Assembly: GCA_017654855.1 (NCBI GenBank)
Contig: CM030332.1
Coordinates: forward strand, 930,001 to 994,000
DNA: 64,000 nt
From: Podospora anserina
Taxonomy: Eukaryota
Direction: 5' to 3'
Part shown: one piece after another, positions 25,440 through 37,334 of the stretch
How positions within the stretch are numbered: position 1 is the first letter of the stretch
Layout: each line of letters begins with the position of its first letter
Notes under the pieces: model-generated
What the model was told of the DNA's origin: nothing
The model's input: the letters and a program-made list of their open reading frames with translations, nothing else
The model's database searches: none
Made by a program: the position numbers and the translations under genes

Positions 25440-26721
25440 ATGTCATCCCCTCGCCCAAATGACAAATCACTACTGGACCGTCTCAACGCTCTCAAAACGT
25501 CAAGTGTTACACTTGATCACACCCCGAAGTAATGAGTTGTGCACACTCTCTCCAAACCCGTAGAACACATGTGCTAAAATGTGACATGCTGAAAGCACCG
25601 CTTCCTTTCCCACCACTGTGCCGCCCCAGAACCAGCCACTATCCAGAGAAGATGCCCTCGCTGAGCGCCTCCGACAGCTCCGGCAGGGTAATACCGGGCC
25701 CAATATGTCCCGTTCCGAGGACCAGAGTCCTAAAGACGGCCCTGTATTAGGCTCTTCGGGCAATGCTAGTGGGGACAAACCACCAACACCGTTGGAGCAA
25801 GCACATTCGGCACAGCCCCCGGCCACACCACGGATCAGCAGCGACCGAGACCCGAAAGAGCAGCTCGTAAAGAGTCTGCCATCTACACCTTCTTCACTGC
25901 CTTCGCGCACAGCAATTCCCAATTCGGAAAATGCTGGCATATCTCAGGCAAAACCCTCTTACTTTGTTGGAGGAGGACACGAAGATGTCGATGATGATGC
26001 TGTTCAGGCTCTGTTAGAAGATCTCGGTGGGGGGGAGGACTTCAACCTCACCGACGGCCCCCTTGAGACGGGTACTGATACGAAAACCGAAGACCAGAGA
26101 GTCTCCGAATTGTTGGATGAGCTCGCAAAGGCGGTGCCGCCGAGCTCTGGCAACGAGAAAGATGATGATGATGATGAAGACGACAACTCTGACGGCGAGC
26201 AAATGACCGCCGCCGTTGATAAGATACTGTCTCAAACCCAAGATGAACTAACCGTCTCACCCAACCCAACGGAACCGGAAGACAGCGGGAACACCCAACC
26301 CAACAACACCGACAACACCCTCAACCTCCCAACCGTCCCCACAGCCCTCCAAGACCCAGCCCCGGACCCCTTTGAAGATGAAATCTCCTCGCGCCTTGCC
26401 GCCCTCAGAGGAATAGGACCAGTAGACCCCTTCGGCCTACCCGCCGCCCCGACTTTCTCACCAGAGGAGCGGGAGCGGTCAACTCCCACCAAGAAACCGC
26501 CCCTGGGTGGCAGGGAGGAAAAGTACAGTGACGAAGACGCCAAGACTTGGTGTGTGGTTTGTCTTGATGACGGGACGATCAAGTGTGTAGGGTGTGATGA
26601 TGATTTGTACTGTGATCGGTGCTGGAGGGAGATGCATGTGGGACCGAGGGCGGGATATGACGAGAGGGGGCATCAGTGGGTGAAGTGGAAGAAGGGGGGG
26701 AGGGGAGGGGGGTTTGAATGA
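25440..26721 (+). CDS. ANCHR/ZFYVE19-like protein (MIM1 motifs plus C-terminal B-box-type Zn finger, no FYVE)
   Basis: ATG 25440, intron 25529-25595 joins in frame to the 25618 ORF; C-terminal WCVVCLDDGTIKCVGCDDDLYCDRCWREMH..H. Confidence 0.82.
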
Positions 26722-27068
26722 GTTGGTATTAGGGTTAGATGTTGTTTGATACAGTGGGTTTAGAACTTGGGTTTTGTGTTTGATAAGAGTTTCAATTAGA
26801 CAACACACATAGCATCTCACACAGCAGATCTCACAAGAAGTGACTTCTTTCAGTTACTATTCCTACTGTTACTAGTTGCACCGTCTGAAAATGTGAGGTA
26901 TCGGAACGTTTTCAATGCCCACCAACTAAACATGAAAGGAAATTACCGTTGAAAGGGCCAGCCATAATAGCTAGGTAGCTCGAGATGAGAGAGGGGAAAG
27001 AGTGCAAAAATTAAATAGAAGGACCTAACAAATATGTTGACACTGAGAACCAAATGTCCATATTCAGT

Positions 27069-27144
27069 TGCGGCCATCGGGAATCGAACCCGACTCTAAT
27101 GCTTGGAAGGCATTAATGCCTTTAAACCACTACACCATAGCCGC
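27069..27144 (-). tRNA. tRNA-Gly, anticodon TCC, intronless
   Basis: The reverse complement folds as acceptor GCGGCTA/TGGCCGC, D-stem GTGT/GCAT, anticodon stem AATGC/GCATT with loop CTTCCAA, T-arm TCGGG-TTCGATT-CCCGA, discriminator A. Confidence 0.93.
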
Positions 27145-27770
27145 TGGTGACTTGTTGCAGTACCTCCATCGGTGTTGGGCATCGTGAGCTGCTCATTACA
27201 TCTTGCCCGTCTCTGTAGAAGGCTCGGGATACACCTGTAAGGCCTCCGAAAGAGCCAACTCACAAGCCTTGAAATATGGTCGATATACTTCTGAACATGG
27301 ACGACTTACCCCGGAAGGTGATAGTCGATAAACCGCATTACTTGGGAGGCATTGCAGCAAATATATACCTTACCTTGTGACACACAACATAATACCCAAC
27401 TCAAGACCACGATAGGTGAGCGAAAGAAATTGAATTGCTCAAAATGCCAGGTTACACAAGAATACACATTAGAAAACCCGAGCGCTTCTGCCCATCACAC
27501 ACCAATCCAGCCTTGGAGGTTTTATGTTACCCCCCAGAGCTTCGCCCTTGCATGGAAAAGTAGTAAAATGCCCAATTATACCCTATGATATGAAACTCCG
27601 CCATCCCGCCCGCCATACCTGATCCCATAGAATCCCACCCAACCCTGAGAAAACTGAAAAACGCAAACCAAGAAAAAGTGACAGTTCTTTTAGCATCAAA
27701 ATCTGCCCTGTCATCGAAAATAACACAAGTCAAGAAAGTACAACCCAACACCATCAACTAGGCAACCCCC

Positions 27771-29561
27771 TCAACCCCTCCCATTCGACCCCTCCCCACC
27801 CCCAGTCCCATACCCATTCCTGTTCTTCGCCCTTCCAGTGATATCCCCCCAAGTAGCACCAAACCTCCTCCCCGTGCTGGCCAACAGGCCCTCCTCCTCA
27901 TCCACCTCGGCCTCCTCATCCAACTCGCTCAAATTCAACCTCGGCGTCCTGAACAAACTCGTCACAAACACCACCATAAACACGCCCAAAAAGGCAAACT
28001 GCGCCCAGAAGTCAATCGCCCCAAACACGGGCCAGTTGATCGTCACTCTGTTGAGGAAGGTGCTCATCACCGTGGGCGTGCAGACATCTTTCGCTGCTGG
28101 CTCGGAAAAGACTTCTGAGCAAGGCCTGACCATGTCCCTGTGTTCACGGCAGTCGGGTTGTTCTCCTGGGTGGCGAGGTGCGTTGACGCAAAAGGTTTGC
28201 GTGCCGTAGATGGCGTACTGAGGGGCGACAATCATGGCAATAGCATAATTGATAGCCAGGATAATCAACGCGAGCATCACTGTTGCGATGAGTAGTGCTT
28301 GGGGTGATGTTCTTCCCTTTTTGATTTGGAAGACTCTCACCCACAAGAACCTGATGCCAATGGTAGCGATACCAGTGATTGAGCTGCCGAAGAAAAACAA
28401 AACCAACAGAGCCATCAGGATGTAGTCAACGGGGAAAGCCTTGGCAGACTGCACAAAGATCCAGTTGACCGGCTGGAAGACGTTGATGTGACCGAGGATG
28501 TAGCCACAGTGTTCTTTGCAGATAGAGTTGGCCGCCTTGTCGATGCCAGTGATGAGCATGGAGGCCCAGACCAAGATCGAGAGCAGCAGTAGCAAGATAC
28601 CGCCCAGGAGCTTGAGAGGACGGAAGACAGCTTGAATCTTGGTCCAGGCGCGGAAGACACCACTTCGGCCGTCACCACGGGTTTCGGCCGCAAGTCTTTC
28701 CCTTCTCACGAGAGTGCGCTCCTCACGTAGCAAGGCGTCCAGCTCCCTCCTGTCCTTCTGAGAAATGCCATCCGGACGGCCAGCATTGCGCATTTCGATT
28801 TGTCTCTGGAGCTCTCGGTTATGTTCCAAGTCGGTCGCGATCGTCGCGGAAAGCTGAGGAGCGGAGATGGACGGGGCAGACTTGATAAGAGAGACCGGAA
28901 GAAGAGCCAGTCCAGCACCGGTATAGAGAGTGTAGAGAAACGTGCCCAACGTGATGAGCAGGCCGACCCCGAATGTCAAAGCCTTCTCTCCTTTGTTGGC
29001 AGCGAGCAGACGCTTGAAGTAGTCCAGATCAAGGTGCTTGCCGTTCCCACTACCCGCAGCGGGGACGAAGAAACCGAGGAGGAACAGAATCAAGACCAAA
29101 AACACGAATCCAAGCGTATACTTCGCCGCCTTCCAGAACCGGGCGCCAGCACCACTGGTTCCCTCCTCCTCTTCAACCTCATCATATTCCTCGTACCAGA
29201 AATAGGCGAATGGGATGACGATCAGACATAGCAACGCATCGAAGCTGTAGAGGGTGTAGTAAACGACCTTCAAGGTCAAGAGTATTCCATCGATTCTCTC
29301 GGGCGTTGCCCAGTCCTTTTTAGCACCGAGGTGTGCTGAGGCTGTGGACGAGACAAGGGCAATGTCAACGGGCAGGAGGAAGACGGTTGCTAGAAGCGAG
29401 GTGAGACTGACAATCGCGACGATGCTCACGGTAACAGATCGCTCATGCGGGGATTGCCAGGTGAATGTTGTGATAATGGCGACGAGGAGCACCAAGGCGA
29501 CCGCGACGGCGTAGGCCACCCAAATAAGACTGGTCTGGAGCAAGCCAGCTGATGCCAACAT
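27771..29561 (-). CDS. LMBR1-family membrane protein, LMBRD1-like ('probable lysosomal cobalamin transporter')
   Basis: 596-aa single-exon ORF, ~9-10 TM segments, [57 protein letters not shown] motifs; EEEGLL dileucine near the C-terminus. Confidence 0.88.
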   Translation of the reverse strand: MLASAGLLQTSLIWVAYAVAVALVLLVAIITTFTWQSPHERSVTVSIVAIVSLTSLLATVFLLPVDIALVSSTASAHLGAKKDWATPERIDGILLTLKVVYYTLYSFDALLCLIVIPFAYFWYEEYDEVEEEEGTSGAGARFWKAAKYTLGFVFLVLILFLLGFFVPAAGSGNGKHLDLDYFKRLLAANKGEKALTFGVGLLITLGTFLYTLYTGAGLALLPVSLIKSAPSISAPQLSATIATDLEHNRELQRQIEMRNAGRPDGISQKDRRELDALLREERTLVRRERLAAETRGDGRSGVFRAWTKIQAVFRPLKLLGGILLLLLSILVWASMLITGIDKAANSICKEHCGYILGHINVFQPVNWIFVQSAKAFPVDYILMALLVLFFFGSSITGIATIGIRFLWVRVFQIKKGRTSPQALLIATVMLALIILAINYAIAMIVAPQYAIYGTQTFCVNAPRHPGEQPDCREHRDMVRPCSEVFSEPAAKDVCTPTVMSTFLNRVTINWPVFGAIDFWAQFAFLGVFMVVFVTSLFRTPRLNLSELDEEAEVDEEEGLLASTGRRFGATWGDITGRAKNRNGYGTGGGEGSNGRG

Positions 29562-30077
29562 GTTGGCGGCTTGCGGATTGGAGATGTCCAGATATGCGTG
29601 GTTCTTTTTGAAGAATGGTAGAAGACAATCAGTGTCTTAGATAATCTGTATCAATCAGTACACTGAAGTCGTCCCAGCGAAGCAGATGTGGTGTTTGAGA
29701 GGAACTGTTGCAAGGGGTAGGAACGTGAAGTGTTCCACTCTGGGGGGGGCATTCAGTTCACTTAATCTGTGACGCAATGCTGCAGCGAAGGGAGCTCCTG
29801 TGGAACCTGCCAAGTCCTGCTAGCGACGTTGTGCCAAGACTTTTCCCACACGTTCAGCACGCAGTTCGGGGTTCTGGCGTTCTGGCCCATGAAATTTATT
29901 CGGACCAATCAACACCACGCACGGGAGCTTCCTTCGAGCTTCGCGGCAGCCCTCGAGTTGCGGTTTGGTTCGTCCTCTTCAAACCACCACCACCATATTC
30001 AAAAGCAACGATTGTTTTTGCGCATCGTGTTTTCTTGTCTATTTACGGAATAGAGATATGTGCTTGGCTGCCACAGC

Positions 30078-33000
30078 ATGCAGTGCTACACAGAGCTAAC
30101 GCCGCCGACGGCTGTCACCCACTCCCTCACACTCCAACTAATTCCAGGCCAGGGCACGAACCTCGTGGTCGCAAAGTCGTCTCTTCTCCAGATATTCAGA
30201 ACAAAGATCGTATCGACCGAGATTGATGCTTCTCAGCAGGGCAGCGGTGCTAGGACACGAAACGCGGGCCGATACGAAAGCCGGTTAGCGAATGACGACG
30301 ATGGGCTTGAGGCATCGTTTCTGGGAGGGGACAGTCTTGCGTTCAAGACGGATCGCACCAACAACACAAAGCTGGTGCTCGTTTCAGAGATTTCACTGTC
30401 GGGAACCATCACGGGGCTAGCAAAGATAAAGTCGCAAAACCTGAGGTCAGGCGGTGATGCACTGCTCGTGGCCTTCAAAGACGCGAGGCTCAGCCTGGTA
30501 GAGTGGGACGCCGAACGCCATGATCTGTCGACCGTGTCTATCCACTATTACGAACAAGACGAGCTGCAGGGAAGCCCATGGGCGCCACCTCTATCCAACT
30601 TCACCAATTTTCTCGCGGCAGACCCGGGGGGTAGATGCGCGGCGCTCAAGTTTGGCGGCATGAATTTGGCCATCCTGCCCTTCAAGCAGGCGGATGAGGA
30701 CATTGATATGGATGATGACTGGGACGAGGATCTGGATGGCCCTCGACCTGTCAAGCAAGAAGCCGCCGTTGTAAATGGAGGTAGCAGCATAAAAGAGACA
30801 CCCTATTCACCATCATTTGTCCTCCGACTCTCCAATCTTGATCCAAGTCTCCTCCATCCTGTGCATCTGGCCTTCCTGCATGAGTACCGAGAGCCCACCT
30901 TTGGCATTCTCGCCTCGACTGTCAACGCCTCCAACTCCCTTGGCCGGAAAGATCACTTGGCATACATGGTCTTTACCCTAGATCTGCAGCAGCGGGCCTC
31001 GACAACCATCCTGTCAGTCCCTGGTCTCCCGCAGGATCTTTTCCGCGTTCAGCCTTTGCCGGCCCCCGTCGGCGGTGCTTTACTCGTGGGAGCGAATGAG
31101 CTGATCCACATCGACCAGTCGGGCAAGCCGAACGGTGTAGCTGTCAACCCCCTCACAAAACAATGCACCTCCTTTGGCCTGTCTGACCAGTCCGACCTGA
31201 ACCTTCGGCTCGAGGAATGTACCATCGACGTCTTGTCAGCCGAGGAGCTTCTTGTCATCCTGAGCGATGGCCGTATGGCATTGGTTACCTTCAGGATAGA
31301 CGGTCGTACAGTGTCTGGTCTTGACGTCAAGCTGCTCCCTTCAGAAACAGGCGGTTCTCTCATCCCAGGCCGCGTATCAACACTCTCAAGGATAGGCAAG
31401 AGTGTCATGTTTGCCGGTAGCGAGGAGGGTGACTCTCTCGTTTTTGGCTGGACAAAGAAGCAGAATCAATCAGGAAGAAAGAAGTCACGGCTTCAAGATG
31501 TAGGCCTGGACATCGATATGGCGGATGAGGAGGATCTTGACGAGGACGAGGACGAAGATGACCTTTATGCCGAGGAACCAACACCCAAGCAACAGGCTGT
31601 CGCAACTGCCAGCAATGTCAAGGAAGGTGACCTCACTTTTCGAATCCACGACCGGCTGCTGAGTATTGCGCCCATCCAGTCCATGACGTACGGTCAACCC
31701 GTGGATGCACCCGGCAGCGAGGAGGAGCAGAACTCGGCCGGCGTTCGCAGTGAACTCCAATTGGTATGCGGCGTAGGAAGGAATAAGTCTTCCGCAATGG
31801 CGATCATGAATCTTGCCATCCCACCAAAGGTTATTGGACGCTTCGAGTTCCCTGAGGCGAGGGGATTCTGGACAGTGTGCGCAAAGAAGCCTGTGCCAAA
31901 GTCACTGCAAGGTGACAAGGGACCCGGCGCGATTGGAAATGACTACGGTACCTCGGGCCAGTATGACAAGTTCATGATTGTCGCTAAGGTCGACCTGGAC
32001 GGCTACGAGAAATCTGATGTCTACGCCCTTACCGCGGCGGGCTTTGAAAGCCTCACTGGCACAGAATTTGACCCTGCTGCCGGCTTCACCATTGAAGCAG
32101 GCACTATGGGCAAAGACAACAGAATCATTCAGGTTCTCAAATCGGAAGTCCGCTGCTACGACGGAGATCTCGGCCTCAGTCAGATAGTGCCGATGATGGA
32201 TGAAGAAACGGGAGCTGAGCCTAGAGCTACCAGTGCGAGCATTGCCGACCCGTACTTGCTCATCATCCGCAACGATCAGAGTGTTTTTATTGCTTCGATT
32301 CACGACGATAACGAGTTGGAAGAAGTAGAAAAGGAGGACAAGACGTTGGCGACCACAAAATGGTTGACTGGATGTCTGTACACAGACACCAATGGTGTGT
32401 TTGGGGAAGAGTCGGGTGACAAGAAGGCTAAGCTGCCTGAGAGTATTCTCATGTTTCTTCTTAGCGCCAGTGGTGCTCTTTATGTAAGCTCCCTTCTCGG
32501 TTGGGTCATGTGTACAATACTGACTCCACGCAGATATACCGCCTCCCTGATCTGTGCAAGCCAGTATATGTAGCCGAAGGGCTCTCATACATTCCCACCG
32601 GGCTCTCGGCTGACTATGCCGCGCGAAAAGGCACAGCCAAGGAGACCGTGTCTGAAATACTGGTGGCTGATCTGGGTGATACTACCGCCAAGTCCCCGTA
32701 TCTCATTGTATGTTGTTTGTCAATGCTGTGGCAACGTGGTAGTCGCTAATCATGTCTCCTAGCTCCGTCACGCGAATGATGATTTGACGATGTATGAGCC
32801 TTACCGATATCAACTTGGCGCTGGACTGGAATTTCCAAAGACTTTGTTCTTCCAAAAGATCCCCAATTCGGTGCTGGCGAAAAGCCCAGCAGAGGAAACG
32901 GACGACGAGGAGGTCACACACCAAGCGAAGTGCCTAGCGCTGCGGAGGTGCAATAACATCGGCGGGTATAGCACCGTCTTCCTCCCCGGGCCATCCCCCA

Positions 33001-34565
33001 GTTTCATCATCAAATCATCCAAATCCATGCCCAAGGTACTGCCGCTACAAGGCGCAGCAGTCACAGCCATCAGCTCTTTTCACACTGAAGGATGCGAACA
33101 CGGGTTCATATATGCCGATTCCCACAACATCGTAAGGGTATCGCAGCTCCCTAAGGACTGGAGTTTCGCCGAGACTGGGCTAGCGGTGAAGAAGATACCC
33201 ATTGGTGAGGACATCGTCGCCGTGGCATACCACCCTCCATCGCAGAGCTATGTTGTAGCCTGCAATACTCCGGAGCCTTTTGAACTTCCAAGAGATGACG
33301 ACTACCACAAGGAATGGGCCCGCGAAGTTCTGCCTTTCAAGCCGACACTGGAGAGGGGAACGCTGAAGCTCATCGGTCCCATTACATGGACTGTGGTTGA
33401 CACCATCGTTATGGAACCCTGCGAGAATGTGCTCTGCGTGGAGACACTTAACCTGGAAGTTTCGGAAGCCACCAACGAGCGGAAACTTCTGATTGGTGTC
33501 GGTACCGCGATCACAAAGGGCGAGGATTTGCCTACCAGGGGGGCTGTTTATGTCTACAACGTGGCTGACGTTATCCCGGAGCCCGGGAAGCCAGAGACGG
33601 GCAAGAAGCTGAAGCTCATTGCGAAGGAAGATATTCCTCGCGGTGCCGTCACGGCGCTCTCTGAGATTGGTACTCAAGGTCTCATGCTTGTTGCTCAGGG
33701 ACCGAAGTGCATGGTGCGTGGTCTCAAGGAAGATGGGACCTTGCTCCCGGTAGCATTCATGGACATGAACTGCTATGTCACCAGCGCAAAGGAGCTTCCT
33801 GGGACGGGGTTGTGCCTGATGGCTGATGCTTTCAAGGGGGTGTGGTTTACGGGGTACACCGAGGAGCCGTACAAGATGATGTTGTTTGGCAAGAGCAATA
33901 CCCGACTGGAGGTATTGAATGCTGATTTCTTGCCGAACGGGAAGGAGTTGTCGATCGTGGCATGTGATGCGGAGGGACACATTCATATTCTTCAGTTTGA
34001 TCCAGAGCGTAAGTGATACCTCAAGCCATACATGACGTTTACTGTTTGCTAACTTTTATATGTAGACCCGAAATCTCTCCAGGGCCATCTGTTACTGCAT
34101 AGGACGAGTTTCAGCACAGGCGCCCACCACGTCACCAAGTCGCTTCTCTTGCCCTCGACACTGTCACCAGACAACAAGGAAGATAACGAGGAAAATGGAG
34201 CCACATCACGTCCACACATTCTGCTGCTTGCCTCTCCGACTGGCGTGTTAGCGGCTCTCCGTCCACTGTCAGAGACGGCATACCGGAGACTGTCGTCTCT
34301 GGCTGCTCAGTTGACGAATTCTTTGACCCACGCGGCAGGGCTGAATCCAAAGGGGTACAGAATGCCGTCTGCTACTTGTCCTCCTGCTGGAGTAGATGCT
34401 GGTATAGGGAGACACATTGTTGACGGCACTATCCTAGCTCGCTTCTCGGAGTTGGGAAGGGCAAAGAAGGGAGAGGTTGCTGGCAGGGCTGGGTATACTG
34501 GACCTGATGAGATCAGGGGAGAACTGGATGGTGTGCTCGGGTGGGCGGGGCTGGACTACTTTTAG
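30078..34565 (+). CDS. CFT1: Cleavage and polyadenylation factor subunit Cft1 (CPSF160), 4 exons
   Basis: MQCYTELTPPTAVTHS, AFKDARLSLVEWD..STVSIHYYE, AFLHEYREPTFGIL, LLPVAFMDM, QFDPE/HPKSLQG, AGLNPKGYR; introns 32484-32533, 32708-32762, 34009-34065. Confidence 0.96.
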
Positions 34566-34746
34566 GCAGCGTGTATATCGGGTAGAAAAGTGTAAAAATG
34601 GTTAACATGGTAGCGTAATCATTATTCCTACACAGGAAGTAAGGTGTTCCGTGATGGCATGTACAACCCTAACCCACTACTTTATCCCCGAACCGCCAAG
34701 ACATCCCGCCGCCAAGCTTCCTCTACAAAGCGACCTTGCAACCTTT

Positions 34747-34778
34747 CTTATCGCCGCCGCCAAAATTTCTCTTATCGC
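34747..34778. promoter_or_regulatory. PAC-like/RRPE-like cassette upstream of the TMA23-like gene
   Basis: CTTATCGC (34747-54), AAAATTT (34762-68), CTTATCGC (34771-78), about 190-220 bp upstream of the ATG. Confidence 0.55.
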
Positions 34779-34967
34779 CAATTCGCCTCGAGCTCTCTCC
34801 GGCGCGCAGTTTCGTCGCAACTTTCTTGATCCCTTCATCTTTGGCGCGACGATACACCACCCCTATAATTACCACCTCATTTTCCCTACCCTTTCATGCC
34901 TCAATAATACACCCACACAACCCCCGAATTTCCCACCAAACTTGAAGTTCGCCCTCCGCGAGCGAAA

Positions 34968-35663
34968 ATGAACGCCTCCGCCCTCCTCCAGTCCCAAGGC
35001 TGGCTGGGCAAAGGCCACTCCCTCGACTCCCACCGCTTCGGTTCCTCCTCCACTACCCCAACCCAATCCGGCCGAAACGCCCGCGGCCTGGTAAACCCCC
35101 TCCTCATATCCCGCAACACCGACGGCCGCGGCATAGGCAACAAGACGCACTACACCTCTGACCAGTGGTGGCTCTCAGCTTTTGACCAGAAGCTCAAGGG
35201 GTTGGACACGACAAACTCGAAGGAGGGTATTACCCAGACTGTCACGGAGGGGAAGCTGGATGCGGTGGGGAGGGTGCAGGAGGGGAAGTATACCGGTACC
35301 AAGGGGCTGTATGCGTTTTTTGTGAAGGGGGGGTTGTTGGAGGGGACGGTGGAGGTTGGGTTGTTGGGGGAGAGTAAGGAGGGGACTGCGACGCCTGATG
35401 GGGGGAGTGAGAGTGGTGGGGGGTTTTCGTTGAGGCAGCAATTGGCGGCGAAGAGGGCGAAAAGAGAGGCGAAGAAGGCGGGGATGACGAAGGAGGAGAG
35501 GAAAGCAAGGAAAGAGAAGAAGGAGGCGAAGAGGTTAAAACGGGAGGAGAAGGTGAGGAGGAGAAAGGAAAAGGAGGGGAGGAAAAGGGAGAAGGAGGAG
35601 AGGAGGAGAAGGAAAGAGTTGAAGAGGAAGAGGAGGGCGGAGAAGGATAAGAAGGAGAAATGA
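34968..35663 (+). CDS. G-patch-like nucleolar protein with KKE-rich tail (Tma23-like)
   Basis: MNASALLQSQGWLGKGHSL..GLVNPLLISR..GIG..DQWWLSAFDQKL..LYAFFVKGGLLEGT; highly basic K/E/R tail. Confidence 0.82.
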   Translation: MNASALLQSQGWLGKGHSLDSHRFGSSSTTPTQSGRNARGLVNPLLISRNTDGRGIGNKTHYTSDQWWLSAFDQKLKGLDTTNSKEGITQTVTEGKLDAVGRVQEGKYTGTKGLYAFFVKGGLLEGTVEVGLLGESKEGTATPDGGSESGGGFSLRQQLAAKRAKREAKKAGMTKEERKARKEKKEAKRLKREEKVRRRKEKEGRKREKEERRRRKELKRKRRAEKDKKEK

Positions 35664-35847
35664 AAAGAAAAGTGTGGGAAAAGCGAGATGTTATAATGAT
35701 ACCCTGGAGGAGAACAGGCCGTTGAGAACACTCCGGCCGGACTGAAATGTTGGGCGGGCATACGTGTTATATCACAGGGCCTTGAAGGCCCGATCAGAAG
35801 TGATGGACAGATAGCTCGAAAAGGCACGACCTTGATATTCGTTAGAG

Positions 35848-36990
35848 TCAGGTCTCCTTGGGAACCTTGCCCGGCTTGTTAGATAGCAACCAGGGCCTCC
35901 GGTCCCAGAATTCATCCTTGATGATGTCAAGGTGCTCAATCACTATCCTGGCCTTGGCCCTCCTCTTTTTGTCGCTTTCTGTCTGGTTCTTGGATTGCTG
36001 GACTGGCTCGGCCAGGCTATCTGCTTCGGCTGCTGCGTTGTGGGTGGCTGGGTCTACCAGCTCGTACTTTTGCTTGTTAGCATCAAAACCAGATGTCTGA
36101 TACAAAGGGAATACTCACACCCCGGAACAGCACACTCCCCTTCTTATAAATCTCTGGCTCGTTGTTGTAGTTTATGCCAAACTTGGAAAACAAAATCTCG
36201 TTCTTGTCGGCAGCATACGTCCCCTTGAGCAACTCTTCCGCCTCGAGATTTCCCATGCCACCTTTCTGTATGAGAGCCCAGAAGGTGGTGTTGTAGAGGT
36301 TGTTGATGTGGCAGTCTACCTGCCTCCAGCTCATGTAGTCCCGGAGGTTCTGCACGCTGGGGTAGCAGACTGCTCTGCCGTCGAAGCTGGGTAAGGGGGG
36401 TGACAGGGGGGTGTCGGGGAAGTAGGTTGACCAGAGGTGGATGTAGTAGGATGAGAAGGTTGATACGATTGTGGTGACGAGTTTGCTTGGGAACGGTTAG
36501 TGAGTCACGATTGTGGGTGGTGAGTCGAATGGGAGGTAGGTACCTTGAGCGTCTTTCGAAGAGGGTGCATGACTTGTGGAAGACGAAGCTGTGTAAGGGT
36601 CAGTTGTAAGCTGCTATGAAAGAAGAGGTCTGGGGATATACCTGTATTCATCGCTGATTCCGTAGGCTATGGTGACCTCTGGTATCTCATACATGACTGC
36701 CTGAGCGGCAGCGTTCATGAGATCCAGAGCTCGCCTGTCGTTTGGTTTTTCGAAACCATATTTGCTTGAGAATCTAGTCAAGCAGAATGAAAGGTTAGGA
36801 AGTGATGCCAAACTCATGTTTGTAACAGTCATACTTTGTGAAGCCTCTCCCGTCGATTCTCACAACAATCCATGTATTTAGCAGCAAGTTGTCTGGCTGC
36901 TCAAAGTTTTTGACATATTCAAATCTTCCTACTATATCAGCTATGTTCTACTTGCTGTGATTCGACATAATCTTACTTTGAGTTCGCCAT
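35848..36990 (-). CDS. THG1: tRNA-His guanylyltransferase, 6 exons
   Basis: ATG 36990, [89 protein letters not shown]; five GT-AG introns. Confidence 0.95.
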
Positions 36991-37334
36991 CTGATCTGGA
37001 TATTTACAGAGTCTGAATTACTGTTACTTACGTCTTTGTCATGGAGAAAAAGGATGGCATTCCAGCACGTCTGGAAAGAAGCTCCAGAGATACCCCGCGT
37101 GCCGGGGACTTGCCGGCGGGGCGCTTGGCACCCGCTGAAGCTGCACGGGCCCGGCCACCAAACCCCTGTCAAACAGGCGCCATCGAAGGTGCGGCTCAGC
37201 GGGTCTCTAGCGCATCGAGACCCTTGCAGCGGCCCATCAGTTCTTTTCTAGCGAGAGCCGATGATGAAAGTCAACAATTCGACATTCCAGATTTCGAACT
37301 CGTGAAGCGACAACGTCGCCTCGACAAGTCCAAG

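Noticed and set aside
35150..35827. 225-aa Phe/Leu/Ser-rich 'membrane' ORF
   Set aside because: It is the antisense of the purine-rich KKE tail of the TMA23-like gene.
36925..36968. Apparent THG1 start MSNHSK needing a 27-nt intron or an edited TAG
   Set aside because: The upstream ATG at 36990 gives canonical MANSK with a normal 52-nt GTAAGA intron.
37041..37334. 98-aa N-terminal extension of SWD1
   Set aside because: It spans the shared THG1/SWD1 promoter, and the conserved N-terminus begins at MNLLLSD (37335).
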